Source: an uncultured Lentisphaerales bacterium (GTDB lineage: Bacteria > Verrucomicrobiota > Lentisphaeria > JABSQK01 > UBA12247). From it: DNA of 64,000 bases. Positions 40,823 through 50,870 of this stretch are shown here, in pieces. The position numbers and the translations under genes were made by a program. The notes under the pieces are model-generated. The model ran no database searches. It was not told the DNA's origin and saw only the letters and a program-made list of their open reading frames with translations. Where the stretch lies: the NCBI GenBank assembly GCA_943788985.1, contig CALSSJ010000044.1, forward strand, positions 36,660 through 100,659. Direction: 5' to 3'. Numbering within the stretch: position 1 is the stretch's first letter; each line of letters opens with the position of its first letter.

Positions 40823-41517
40823 AACCAGCCATACATGCTGCAGCACTACTTGTCGTTGGATTCCTAGCAGGGTGTGCCCACCATGGGCATCGTTCGCCTG
40901 AGCTTTCTCAGCGGCCGTTCACCCCGCAGGAAGCCGACTGGGCTGCGGCGCAGCACACTTGGTTACCGCAGTGGCAACATCCACAGCGTGCCCCGGTAGC
41001 GCGGCCAATGCCAGGCACGCCGCAAGCAACACACGCCCCGGCGCGGGTTGCAGGGCATTGGACCCCAAAAGCCCAGCCTGCCCGGCCCCCACAGCCTGTG
41101 GCCACCGCGGCTTCAACTCAGCCTCGGATTCCGGTCGCAGCACAAAAGACTGAGGTCCTCGGGCAGCACCGGGCCGCCCAGCGGCCGGCGATGCCTTTGG
41201 CGGTACAGCCAGTCACGACGAAGCAACCCACTAAGCTCGTCCGTTCCCAGTCCCTGCCAGCGGCAGTCATCGATGATCACCGCCGCATCAGACCCGATTC
41301 CCCTCCGGCGTTTTCCACCCCCTATACCTTGATCCCAGATGATGGCGCACGGCGAGCCCCCAAGCCTCATACCCACATCGTGGAAAGTGGTCAGTCGCTT
41401 GCGGAGATCGCAGCCAAGTACTACGGCGATTCTAAGCAATGGCCACGCATTCAACAGGCAAACGGATTGAGAAATCCAAATCAGATCGCCGTCGGGGCGA
41501 AGCTGCTCATCCCCTAA
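40819..41517 (+). CDS. LysM-domain lipoprotein
   Basis: Lipobox 'FLAGC', Pro/Ala-rich linker, C-terminal LysM 'HIVESGQSLAEIAAKYYG...IQQANGL..PNQI..G.KLLIP'. Confidence 0.85.
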   Translation: MKPAIHAAALLVVGFLAGCAHHGHRSPELSQRPFTPQEADWAAAQHTWLPQWQHPQRAPVARPMPGTPQATHAPARVAGHWTPKAQPARPPQPVATAASTQPRIPVAAQKTEVLGQHRAAQRPAMPLAVQPVTTKQPTKLVRSQSLPAAVIDDHRRIRPDSPPAFSTPYTLIPDDGARRAPKPHTHIVESGQSLAEIAAKYYGDSKQWPRIQQANGLRNPNQIAVGAKLLIP

Positions 41518-41599
41518 CCCAGCGTCTGGCCGAAGTCCTTCTAACCGCCCGTACACATCCATGTGGCAGGGAGCGGCGAGCTGCTTGGGCCTGAATTGA

Positions 41600-43966
41600 A
41601 TGCCGTTCACAGAAAAAATCCGTAAGTGGCTAAAAGACCATCAGATGCGCCAGGATGTGCGCGATCGGGACGCCGGACGCCGTTCCGTAGCCACGCCATC
41701 GCAGCGACGGCCCGCAACTCGGTGGCTGGTGGTCGCCGCGGCCTGCTGTGCCATCTGGCTTGTGTGCGCAGTGAACGTCATGTATCACTACGAAGCTGTG
41801 CGCACGGAAAGCCTGGTCGAGAACCAGCAAATTCCGTATAGCATCCTAGCGCAAGTTAGCTTTTCCTACGTGGACCATGCCGAGACCGAAAGGCATCGGG
41901 ACCGCGCCAATGAACGGGTGCTGGACACCTACAACATTGATGACGAGCAGACAGAGAATAATCTGCATGTGTTTAACAACTTGTTTGACGCGCTCTCTGT
42001 GGATCCTCCCCAGATATTCGGCAACGAACTCCTCGCCAGCCTGGATGAAAAGGAGTTGTCAGCACTGCTTCCGCTGTTCGACAGTAGTGATAAGCGAAAC
42101 TTTGTGCTTACTGAGCTTGAGTCCCAGCTGCGACTCGGGGTTGTTTCCGCCGAGGACAAGCGCGCAGCCGAGGCGCAGAATGTCCAAATCATCATCCAGC
42201 AAGAATCCGGAAAATCCCGGGCAGCCGTATCCTCCTTTCCCAGCCCGCGAGAGCTTGCAGATCGCCTGACTTCTAAGTTTTCCGAGGCTTTCCATCTTCA
42301 GCAGCCACAAACGGAATTGGAAAGTGCGGCCTTTCTTCTAGCTCGCCTGATCCAGCCGAATCTTGTCTACAACGTCCCCCTGACCCAAGCTGAGCGTCGG
42401 GTCGCACGGTCTGCAGTCCCCCCCATTCACAAGACCGTGCCCCGCGGCGAGATTCTGATTCATCGTGGAAGTCGGGTGCAGCTGGACGATCTGGAGAAAG
42501 TAAAGTCCCACGAGGCGGCACTGCAAGAGACCAGCGATTCCTACACCCACGCACTGGGAATCATCCGCGTCTTACTTCTTGCCTTTGTTGTCATTGTGGT
42601 GAGCGCGCTCTACTTGCATCAGGCAAATCCGAGCCACTTCACAAACCGGGCAATCCTGTTCACCGCCGCTCTGATCGGGACCAATATCCTGCTGAACCGC
42701 GTGGTTCAGGAGGGATTATCCCACTTGATGGGTGGCACCCTTCCTCTGGCGTATGTTTCGGCAGCGATCCCGACTGCTTTCACCAGCGTCATGCTGGCCC
42801 TGCTCTACGGCTTTCGCCCGGCAATGGGAACCGCGCTCTTTTTCTCAATACTCTGGGCGGTAATGTCTCCGGATCCGATGCGTGCATTTCTGATCGGACT
42901 CACTGCATCCGCCGCCGGTGCCTGGGCACTGCGCAAGGTTCGTACCCGCAAGCAGACGTTTCGCGCCCCTCTCCTGATGGCATTTGCTGTGCTAACCGTT
43001 GAGGGAATTCATTGGTTTGCCCGTTCGTCACCGCCGCACGTTTATCTTGTCATTGCGATCATCGCACTCGCCACCGCCTTTGGCATTGTGATCCTTGCGA
43101 ACTTACTGCTTCCAATGGCGGAGTGGTTCACCGGCACGACTACCGATATCTCCCTGCTGGAGCTCAGCGATCTCAACCACAAGCTGCTCAAGCGCCTACA
43201 ACTCGAGGCCCCCGGCACTTATCACCACACGCAGATGGTAGCGACACTGGCCGAGCATGCTGCCGAGGCCGTGGGCGCAAACCCACTCCTGGCCCGCGTC
43301 GCCGCGTATTTCCATGATATTGGCAAGCTTTACAATCCTAGCTATTTCGCCGAGAACAGCGCCGAAATGAACCGCCACGAGCACTTGCGCCCGCGCATGA
43401 GCGCTCTGGTAATCATCAATCATGTGAAGGAAGGACTCAAACTCGCCGCACGTCATAAGCTCCGCCAGCCGCTGCGCGAGGCCATCGCCACACATCATGG
43501 CACCAGCGTGGTCGCCTGCTTTTACCACAGCGCCTGTCAAGAAGCCGATGAGCGCGGTGAGGAAGTCACGATTGACGAGTTTCGCTATCCGGGCCCGCTC
43601 CCACGGGGCAAGGAAGTATCCATCATCAGCTTGGTGGATGCCTGCGAAGCTGCCTCCCGTTCCCTGGAGAAGCCCACCCCAAAAAAGATCGACAATATGG
43701 TCGCCGAGATTTTTCGCACTCGCATCAGCGATGGTCAATTGAACGAAAGCGAACTCACCCTCGAAGAAATTAGGACTGTCGAAATGACGACGAAAAGAAC
43801 TCTCTGCACCATGCTTCATGGTCGAATCGCGTACCCAAAGGACACGGAAAATGGAAGTATCCTTTTGGAGCCATCAGCCTCTGACTCCGCAAAGCTTGAC
43901 ACAGATCGAGTCAGTAGTTCATCGGATGATGGAGAATCTGGATCTGGTGCACGACTTGTCTCCTGA
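41600..43966 (+). CDS. 7TM-HD phosphohydrolase (PgpH/YqfF-like, candidate c-di-AMP phosphodiesterase)
   Basis: Extracellular domain, 7 TM helices, 'EAPGTYHH', 'YFHDIGK', 'HHGT', 'FRYPGP.P', 'DACEAA'. Confidence 0.9.
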   Translation: MPFTEKIRKWLKDHQMRQDVRDRDAGRRSVATPSQRRPATRWLVVAAACCAIWLVCAVNVMYHYEAVRTESLVENQQIPYSILAQVSFSYVDHAETERHRDRANERVLDTYNIDDEQTENNLHVFNNLFDALSVDPPQIFGNELLASLDEKELSALLPLFDSSDKRNFVLTELESQLRLGVVSAEDKRAAEAQNVQIIIQQESGKSRAAVSSFPSPRELADRLTSKFSEAFHLQQPQTELESAAFLLARLIQPNLVYNVPLTQAERRVARSAVPPIHKTVPRGEILIHRGSRVQLDDLEKVKSHEAALQETSDSYTHALGIIRVLLLAFVVIVVSALYLHQANPSHFTNRAILFTAALIGTNILLNRVVQEGLSHLMGGTLPLAYVSAAIPTAFTSVMLALLYGFRPAMGTALFFSILWAVMSPDPMRAFLIGLTASAAGAWALRKVRTRKQTFRAPLLMAFAVLTVEGIHWFARSSPPHVYLVIAIIALATAFGIVILANLLLPMAEWFTGTTTDISLLELSDLNHKLLKRLQLEAPGTYHHTQMVATLAEHAAEAVGANPLLARVAAYFHDIGKLYNPSYFAENSAEMNRHEHLRPRMSALVIINHVKEGLKLAARHKLRQPLREAIATHHGTSVVACFYHSACQEADERGEEVTIDEFRYPGPLPRGKEVSIISLVDACEAASRSLEKPTPKKIDNMVAEIFRTRISDGQLNESELTLEEIRTVEMTTKRTLCTMLHGRIAYPKDTENGSILLEPSASDSAKLDTDRVSSSSDDGESGSGARLVS

Positions 43967-44348
43967 GAGCGAACTGTCCGTGAGCCTGGTTGAAGCCTCC
44001 TCAATTGCTGAGATGAACGAACGTTTCCTTCAACACGAAGGGCCGACGGACGTGCTTACATTCGACCTGCGCGACGGTACTCCCCCGCATCAAGACTTGG
44101 GCGAGATCATCATCTGCACCGATGTTGCAGCCGAGAATGCGCACGAATATAAGACCAGCCTGTCGCGTGAGCTTACGCTTTATCTGGTCCATGGCCTCCT
44201 TCATCTGGCTGGACACGATGACCACCATGAACCGGCCATTACCAAAATGCGCCAGGCAGAACAAGACGCGCTCGCGCTACTTGCTGACAGGTTCGACCTA
44301 GACCGATTGTTTGCATTCAGTGGAGGTCTCAGCAGCACCGCTGTATGA
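43851..44348 (+). CDS. ybeY: rRNA maturation endoribonuclease YbeY
   Basis: 'GPTDVLTF', 'LGEIII', 'HGLLHLAGHDDH'; start uncertain. Confidence 0.92.
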   Translation: MEVSFWSHQPLTPQSLTQIESVVHRMMENLDLVHDLSPESELSVSLVEASSIAEMNERFLQHEGPTDVLTFDLRDGTPPHQDLGEIIICTDVAAENAHEYKTSLSRELTLYLVHGLLHLAGHDDHHEPAITKMRQAEQDALALLADRFDLDRLFAFSGGLSSTAV

Positions 44349-45616
44349 ATTCGTCGACAATTGTACTATTGATCGTGGGCGTCACCATCGCGATCTGGTG
44401 CCGGACCTGCCTGGAGGCCCTTTCGCGTATCAGCTGGGTCACTATCCGTAAGGAATCGTTCAAACGTACCGGTCTGAGTGACCTGGCTGAAGCGTGGCTG
44501 GAAAGCCGCGATCTATTCCAATCCACGCTGCGCTTCTTCATTTCCGTCAGCCTCTGTCTTTCGGCGGCAATTGCCTACCCTGCAGTACAGCAAAACCTCC
44601 CAAGGGAAGCGTCGCCGTTCACCTTGGTACTACTCACGGCGTTCCTGGTCACAGTTGCATTTTACGCCCTGATCGAGGTTGTAGTTCTAGGTGGATTCGC
44701 TCGATCGAATCCAGTGCTCATGCATGTCGCGGCCCCAATGCTCCGCGCACTAGGCTTGATTCAGCCAATCTTGCAGATCATCAATCAGAGGGGAAGATCG
44801 GAGAATGGCGAGGAAGAAGAGACCACACTTTCCGTGGAGGACGAGATTATCCATCTGGTCGAACAGGACGCACACAGTGATGACCAATCGTCCGAATTGG
44901 AAGACAGCGAACGCCGGATGATTCGCGGAATCTTTGATCTCGATGAGACCCTCGTCAAGGAAATCATGACCCCTCGGGTGGATATGGATGTGCTGAGGGC
45001 AGATGTTGACATGCGCGAGGCCAAGAAGAAGATTGTCGAATGCGGACACAGCCGAATTCCGGTCTACGGCACCACAGTGGATGACATACAGGGAGTGGTT
45101 TATGCCAAAGATTTTCTGGATGAGTCACGCATGGGTGGAAGCGAGGACCTGCTTGCCCTCAGCCACAAGCCACTTTTCGTGCCCGAGTCCAAGAATGTGC
45201 GCGACTTGCTGGACGACTTCAAGCGCAGCAACATCCACTTTGCGGTAATTATCGATGAGTACGGCGGAACTGCTGGCATCGTCACATTTGAAGATATCCT
45301 GGAAGAAATCGTCGGCGAGATTCGTGATGAGTACGATGACGAGGAGGAACTGGCCTTCGACCAGCAGGAAGATGGCAGTTACGTTATTGACGCGCGCACG
45401 CCGGTAGGCACAGTCAACGAGTTCCTTAAATCCGACATTTCGGAAGAAGAAGACTACGATACGATTGGCGGATTTGTGATCAGTAAATTTGGGCGCATTC
45501 CCGCGGTAGGTGAACTGATTGAAGTGGATGGTCTGGCCGTCACGATTTTGGACGCGAACGAACGGTGCGTTGGCCAGATTGCCGTGAAGCAACTGACCTT
45601 GGAAAAAAGTGAGTGA
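44345..45616 (+). CDS. Hemolysin/CorC-type CBS-domain membrane protein
   Basis: N-terminal TMs, 'EIMTPR', 'HSRIPVY', 'DEYGGTAGIVTFEDILEEIVGEI.DEYD', CorC/HlyC C-terminus. Confidence 0.9.
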   Translation: MNSSTIVLLIVGVTIAIWCRTCLEALSRISWVTIRKESFKRTGLSDLAEAWLESRDLFQSTLRFFISVSLCLSAAIAYPAVQQNLPREASPFTLVLLTAFLVTVAFYALIEVVVLGGFARSNPVLMHVAAPMLRALGLIQPILQIINQRGRSENGEEEETTLSVEDEIIHLVEQDAHSDDQSSELEDSERRMIRGIFDLDETLVKEIMTPRVDMDVLRADVDMREAKKKIVECGHSRIPVYGTTVDDIQGVVYAKDFLDESRMGGSEDLLALSHKPLFVPESKNVRDLLDDFKRSNIHFAVIIDEYGGTAGIVTFEDILEEIVGEIRDEYDDEEELAFDQQEDGSYVIDARTPVGTVNEFLKSDISEEEDYDTIGGFVISKFGRIPAVGELIEVDGLAVTILDANERCVGQIAVKQLTLEKSE

Positions 45617-46784
45617 GAAAGTGGAGCATACAGCGGTGACGAAGTGGAATTGGCGCGAGCAGCGGGAAAAACCTGCATTTTTGGCCTTAGAAGACGGCAG
45701 CGTATTTCGTGGCCATGCTTTCGGGAATCGGACAGATCGAGTCGGTGAAGTAGTTTTCAACACCGGTATGTCGGGCTATCAGGAAATTCTCTCCGACCCT
45801 TCATATTGCGGTCAATTCGTGACGATGACCTACCCAGAGATCGGCAATACTGGCATCAACCCAGTGGACCCTGAGTCTCGGAGCGCCTTCCTGAGCGGTT
45901 TGCTTATCCATGCACTCAATGAGCCATCCAACTGGCGGTCGAAAGAGTCGCTAAATGACCACTTAGAGCGAATGGGAGTCCCCGGCCTTGCAGGTTTTGA
46001 CACCCGCGCCCTTACCGTAAAACTGCGCGACCAAGGGACCAAGCGCGCCTATCTCTGTGTGAGTGGCGAGAAGTCGGAAGCAGAAGCAGTTGAGTTGGCC
46101 AAAGCCTGGGAAGGGCTCGACGGCCAGGACTACGCCAGTCGCGTCTCGGTGGATACCAGCTTCACCTGGGATCCAGAGGGCGAAGACAGCGCCTCATGGG
46201 GCCTTCCCGGCCCGCTACCCCCTGCAGACATTAAACTGGTCTCCTACGACTTCGGCATAAAGTGGAACATTCTTCGTTCCTTGAGGCAACAGGGCATGGA
46301 AGTCCAAGTGGTGCCAGCAAAGACAACCGCTGAGGAAGTCTTAGCACTCAACCCGGACGGCGTTTTCTACAGTAATGGCCCCGCCGACCCGGCAGCCGTT
46401 CAGTACGCTGCAGACAACGCCAAAGGGCTTATTGGCAAGGTTCCGATCATGGGGATCTGCCTGGGACATCAACTCCTTAGTTTAGCCTGTGGTGCCGAAA
46501 CCTATCGGCTGAAATTTGGACATCATGGCTGCAATCATCCGGTAAAAGATCTTGAGACTGGAAAGGTCGAAATAACCTCGCAGAATCACAACTTTGCGGT
46601 GTCAGCAGATCCCCTTCCCTCCTGCTTGGAAGTGACTCACATTAACCTGAACGATGATACCGTCGAAGGGATTCGCCATAAGACAAAGCAGATGTTCGCG
46701 GTTCAGTATCATCCCGAGTCTGCACCGGGACCGCATGACCCCTACTATCTGTTCGAGCGTTTCCGGAAGATGATCAAGCGCTAA
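45609..46784 (+). CDS. carA: Carbamoyl-phosphate synthase small subunit
   Basis: 'GEVVFNTGMSGYQE', 'SNGPADP', 'GICLGHQ', 'SQNH', 'QYHPE'. Confidence 0.97.
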   Translation: MSEKVEHTAVTKWNWREQREKPAFLALEDGSVFRGHAFGNRTDRVGEVVFNTGMSGYQEILSDPSYCGQFVTMTYPEIGNTGINPVDPESRSAFLSGLLIHALNEPSNWRSKESLNDHLERMGVPGLAGFDTRALTVKLRDQGTKRAYLCVSGEKSEAEAVELAKAWEGLDGQDYASRVSVDTSFTWDPEGEDSASWGLPGPLPPADIKLVSYDFGIKWNILRSLRQQGMEVQVVPAKTTAEEVLALNPDGVFYSNGPADPAAVQYAADNAKGLIGKVPIMGICLGHQLLSLACGAETYRLKFGHHGCNHPVKDLETGKVEITSQNHNFAVSADPLPSCLEVTHINLNDDTVEGIRHKTKQMFAVQYHPESAPGPHDPYYLFERFRKMIKR

Positions 46785-46847
46785 GGTGCTGACCAGGATG
46801 ACACCCCCTGTCCCCCGTCCTGCTGCCCTCTCGTCGGGACGCGTCAG

Positions 46848-48059
46848 ATGAGGATTGCCCTAAAAAGCCGCCTTACCGCCACTGTTCTCCTACGGGCGGC
46901 TTGGCTGCGCGCCCGACGTGTGAATCTGGCAATGTTGATTTTGGTGGCTGGGGCAATCGTATACGGCGTGGCATTCCTTTATGCCGCAGGGCAACAGAGC
47001 GGCGGCCGCTTTAGTGGGATGTGGGTCCGTCAATGTCTGTACGCAGGAATCGGCAGTGTCTGCATGGTTGGTGTTGCCATGCTCGACTACCGAGTTCTCG
47101 CCCGCTATATCTGGCATCTCTTCTTCCTCACCATCGCCGGGCTTGTGCTGGTGGTCTTGGTGGGGGATGAAATCAATGGCGCAAAAAGTTGGATTGACCT
47201 CGGCCCCGTCACCGTCCAACCTTCGGAGTTCGGCAAGGTCGGCTCGATTCTTCTGCTCGCCTTTCTGGCCTCAAGGCCCTCCTTGGATCCATCCAACTTT
47301 TGGCACAGCGTGCTGATCGGTGGCGTTGCTGCCGGAATTCCCGCGGCCTTAATTCTGTGCCAGCCGGACGTCGGAAGCGCCCTCACGCTGGTCCCGATTG
47401 CTCTGGCGATCCTGTTCCTCTCAGGCTTAAAGCTGCGCTGGCTTTTTTGCCTTGCGGTTATCATCCTCCCGTTTTTACCGTACACTTGGAAGAATCTCGC
47501 GAAGCAGCACCACCGCGATCGAGTCTGGGTCTTCGCCTACCACCTGATGCCCGCAGAAATGCGCCAGAACCACGAGCCCCCGAACATTTCCCGCGAAGGC
47601 TACAACGCGCATCAATCGCTGCTTGCCGTTGGCAGTGGCGGGATTTGGGGCAAGGGCTATATGCAGGGCACCCAGAATGCGCTGGGTTTCTTACCGCGAA
47701 ACGTCGCCCCGTCCGACTTTATCTTCTCCGTCATCGCCGAAGAGTCGGGATTTGTCGGCAGCGTCATCTTGCTGACGATCCAGTGGCTGCTGATCATGTG
47801 CTGCGTTTATGTCTCGATGGTGGCTGGCAATCAGTTTGGCAGGAACATCGCCGTAGGCATCGCAGCCTTGCTCTGCGCCCATTTATATATCAATGTTGGC
47901 ATGACAATCGGCCTTGCGCCGATCATTGGAATCCCATTGCCGTTTGTGAGTCGCGGCGGTTCTTTTATGTTATCACTCTTGATTTGCGTCGGATTGCTCC
48001 AGAGTATCTACATGCACCGCCCGCAACACGTTGATAAGCTGGAACTTACCCATGGCTGA
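46848..48059 (+). CDS. rodA: Rod shape-determining SEDS protein
   Basis: 'GAKSWI', 'QPSEFGK', 'QPDVG', 'GSGGIWGKG', 'DFIFSV..EE.GF', 'GIPLPFVS.GGS'. Confidence 0.9.
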   Translation: MRIALKSRLTATVLLRAAWLRARRVNLAMLILVAGAIVYGVAFLYAAGQQSGGRFSGMWVRQCLYAGIGSVCMVGVAMLDYRVLARYIWHLFFLTIAGLVLVVLVGDEINGAKSWIDLGPVTVQPSEFGKVGSILLLAFLASRPSLDPSNFWHSVLIGGVAAGIPAALILCQPDVGSALTLVPIALAILFLSGLKLRWLFCLAVIILPFLPYTWKNLAKQHHRDRVWVFAYHLMPAEMRQNHEPPNISREGYNAHQSLLAVGSGGIWGKGYMQGTQNALGFLPRNVAPSDFIFSVIAEESGFVGSVILLTIQWLLIMCCVYVSMVAGNQFGRNIAVGIAALLCAHLYINVGMTIGLAPIIGIPLPFVSRGGSFMLSLLICVGLLQSIYMHRPQHVDKLELTHG

Positions 48060-49191
48060 ACTAAACCCGTTCACACTGTCGAATTTGCCGGAGGACGAGC
48101 GCGCTGTTTACGCAGAGGCGCTGGTTTCCGGGCAGTCCGCAGGGCTCGCCTATCTTCTCGAGCGGGCATCCAGTTATCAGGACTTGGTCGAGTTAGAGCT
48201 AGAGGATAACCCAGCGGCTGTCGTCTATCTCCGCGATGGCCGTGCCGCACTCAGTCAGGCCCAGACCCTGCTAGGTACCAGTGATCCTGATCCCGAAGAT
48301 GCAGAGCGTGACTTCGAGGCACTGGACTTAAGCTCGCTGATGCACGGGGTGACCGACCGAATCTCCCGCATCGAGTTAACCGACGCGTCGCTTACCATGC
48401 AGTGCGAGAATGCGGCCGTATGGGGGAACATTCTGCTCCTTCAGCAGGCGATGTTCCAGCTACCCTGTGTCTCCATAGAGTCCAACAAGCACCCGACACT
48501 CAGTGTCAATCTGAACCACGTCAGCGCGGTGCCAGCCCAGCGTGGTACGGACCTAGGCGAAGACGATCGCGAATTTCTGACAGTGACCTGCGGCCCGCAG
48601 GTACCCGAAGAAGAGTTCATCCCCCTGCTCGAGTATATCTCTGCCCACGGCAAGTTCGAGGCTAGCCGCCGCCTGCTGTTCGTCTTCGGGGCACTGCGCC
48701 TGCACAGCGGCGACCTTTTCTGCTCGAGAACCCGTGGGCCCGAGACCTGTCGCGCCTACCTCCCTTTCTCCCGGGGCGAAGGCACCATGTCTGGCGGCGA
48801 GTCCGTAAACGAAGCAGACCTAGGCGGCACCGAGACCATTCTCCTCGTCGACGACGAGGCAATCATCTGGGACGTCGTAATCGACATGCTGCAATCGCTC
48901 GGCTACACCGTAGTCCTAGCGGCGACGGGCAAAGAGTGCGTAGATATCTACGCGGACAATCCCGGCGAGATCGATCTAGTCCTGCTAGACATGATCATGC
49001 CTGAAATGAACGGCTACGACGCATACTTTGCCCTCCATAAGATTGACCCCGATGCAAAGGTTCTACTTTCCAGTGGCTACGTGGCCGAAGAAGATGCCCA
49101 GGACGTCCTCGCCGCAGGCGCTGCTGGCTTCCTCAAAAAGCCCTATCGCCTAATCGACCTTGCGCGCAAAATCCGTCAGGTGCTAAGTTGA
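48052..49191 (+). CDS. Receiver-domain protein with degenerate histidine-kinase-like N-terminus
   Basis: Intact REC 'GTETILLVDDE...LLDMIMP...SG...FLKKP'; upstream HATPase-like remnant. Confidence 0.8.
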   Translation: MAELNPFTLSNLPEDERAVYAEALVSGQSAGLAYLLERASSYQDLVELELEDNPAAVVYLRDGRAALSQAQTLLGTSDPDPEDAERDFEALDLSSLMHGVTDRISRIELTDASLTMQCENAAVWGNILLLQQAMFQLPCVSIESNKHPTLSVNLNHVSAVPAQRGTDLGEDDREFLTVTCGPQVPEEEFIPLLEYISAHGKFEASRRLLFVFGALRLHSGDLFCSRTRGPETCRAYLPFSRGEGTMSGGESVNEADLGGTETILLVDDEAIIWDVVIDMLQSLGYTVVLAATGKECVDIYADNPGEIDLVLLDMIMPEMNGYDAYFALHKIDPDAKVLLSSGYVAEEDAQDVLAAGAAGFLKKPYRLIDLARKIRQVLS

Positions 49192-50870
49192 TCGCAAGCC
49201 TGATGATTCACAATCTGGCCCTCATCGAGGACCTAGAGCTCGAGTTTTCCCCGGGGCTGAACATCGTCACGGGTGAGACCGGTGCTGGCAAGTCCATCAT
49301 CCTTGGCGCCATTCAAATGCTCTTGGGCCAACGCGCGGACCGGACCCGGATCCGGCGGGACGCTACATCCTGCTCCGTGAGCGCTATCTATGAATTAGCT
49401 GGGCGCCCCGAGTTGATTGCAGAGCTGAACCAGTTGCTTGAGCCTAGCGGCTGCCCACCATGTGAGCAGGGGCAACTGCTGCTACGGCGTGTCATCACCG
49501 AGAAAACCAACCGAAACTACGTGAACGGCTGCCCCGTGAACCTCAGCACCTTGAGGGACTTGGGCAACCTCTTGGTGGACATGCACGGCCCCTACGATCA
49601 CCAGTCGCTATTTGACGTAAGACGCCAGCTCCAGGCGCTTGACACCTTTACCGGCGCACAGCTCGCCCGAGCGAGCTGTGCAACAGCCTACGCGGCCTGT
49701 CAGACCGCGCAGAGGGCGCTCGAACATTGGGAGCGTAACGCACCCAATCCCGCCCAACTGGAGAACATGCGCTATCAGCTGGACGAAATCGAAGCGGCAA
49801 ACCTCAACCCAGACGAAGTCGCCGAGCTGTCGCATACTCATTCCGTGGCCTCCAATGCCAGCCAGCTCGTCGGCATTCTCGATCGCTGTCGCACGGCCTT
49901 GGAGGAAGACGACGACGCGGTCCTACAGCAGTTCGGCAGCATGATGCGAGACCTCCAGGACGTCGCCGAGATTGATGATCAGCGCGGCCCCGTTCTGATT
50001 GAGTTGCTCGAGGCAGCAATCGCCCACACCCAGGCCTTTCAAGAAGAACTCACGGTTGTGGTCGGGCAACTCGAGCTGGACCCATTCGCCCTCCAAGCCA
50101 TCGAGGAGCGCCTCTCCGTTGTTCATGGCCTCCTCCGCAAGTACGGACCGACCGTGGAGCGCGTCCAGGAATTTGCCGCCAAGCTCCGCACCGATCTTGC
50201 CAGCTACGACGATGCGGAGCAGACGCGCCAGGAGTTGCAGCACGCAGTGACCGATGCGGAGTCCGCACATCTCCAAATCGCCAAGAAGCTGGGGAAAGCC
50301 CGTCGCAAAGCCGCTCCCGGCCTAGCCACGCAGATCACCGACAAGCTGAAAGTGCTGGGGTTCAAGGACTGCCAATTCGACCTTGCCTTTACCGACGCTC
50401 CTCCGGCTGCCACGGGGATCGACCGCGTGGAGTTTCGGTTTGCCCCGAACCCCGGCGAGGGTGCCCACAACCTGCGCGAGATCGCCAGTAGCGGAGAGAT
50501 CGCGCGCGTCATGCTCGCCCTCAAGACTGTTCTGGCTGCGGCCGACCGGATTCCGGTGCTGATCTTTGATGAGATCGATGCCAACATCGGCGGGACCACA
50601 GCAGCAGCAGTGGGCAGAGAAATGGCACGACTTGGCGGAGAACGCCAAATCCTCTGCATCACCCACACCCCGCAGGTAGCAGCGGGTGGGAGCCGGCATT
50701 TTCGTGTCCAAAAGCACGTCACCTCACAGCGTACCCACGCAGAAGTCTCAATCCTAAAGTCTACAGAAAAAATTGACGAAGTCGCCCGCATGTTGGGCAG
50801 TACCGACAACTCATGCGTGGTAAAAGATCACGCTCGCGAACTCATAAAAATAGCAAAGGCTGCATCATGA
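49188..50870 (+). CDS. recN: DNA repair protein RecN
   Basis: 'TGETGAGKS', 'HGPYDHQ', '[10 protein letters not shown]', 'IFDEID', 'CITH.PQVAA'. Confidence 0.96.
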   Translation: MIASLMIHNLALIEDLELEFSPGLNIVTGETGAGKSIILGAIQMLLGQRADRTRIRRDATSCSVSAIYELAGRPELIAELNQLLEPSGCPPCEQGQLLLRRVITEKTNRNYVNGCPVNLSTLRDLGNLLVDMHGPYDHQSLFDVRRQLQALDTFTGAQLARASCATAYAACQTAQRALEHWERNAPNPAQLENMRYQLDEIEAANLNPDEVAELSHTHSVASNASQLVGILDRCRTALEEDDDAVLQQFGSMMRDLQDVAEIDDQRGPVLIELLEAAIAHTQAFQEELTVVVGQLELDPFALQAIEERLSVVHGLLRKYGPTVERVQEFAAKLRTDLASYDDAEQTRQELQHAVTDAESAHLQIAKKLGKARRKAAPGLATQITDKLKVLGFKDCQFDLAFTDAPPAATGIDRVEFRFAPNPGEGAHNLREIASSGEIARVMLALKTVLAAADRIPVLIFDEIDANIGGTTAAAVGREMARLGGERQILCITHTPQVAAGGSRHFRVQKHVTSQRTHAEVSILKSTEKIDEVARMLGSTDNSCVVKDHARELIKIAKAAS

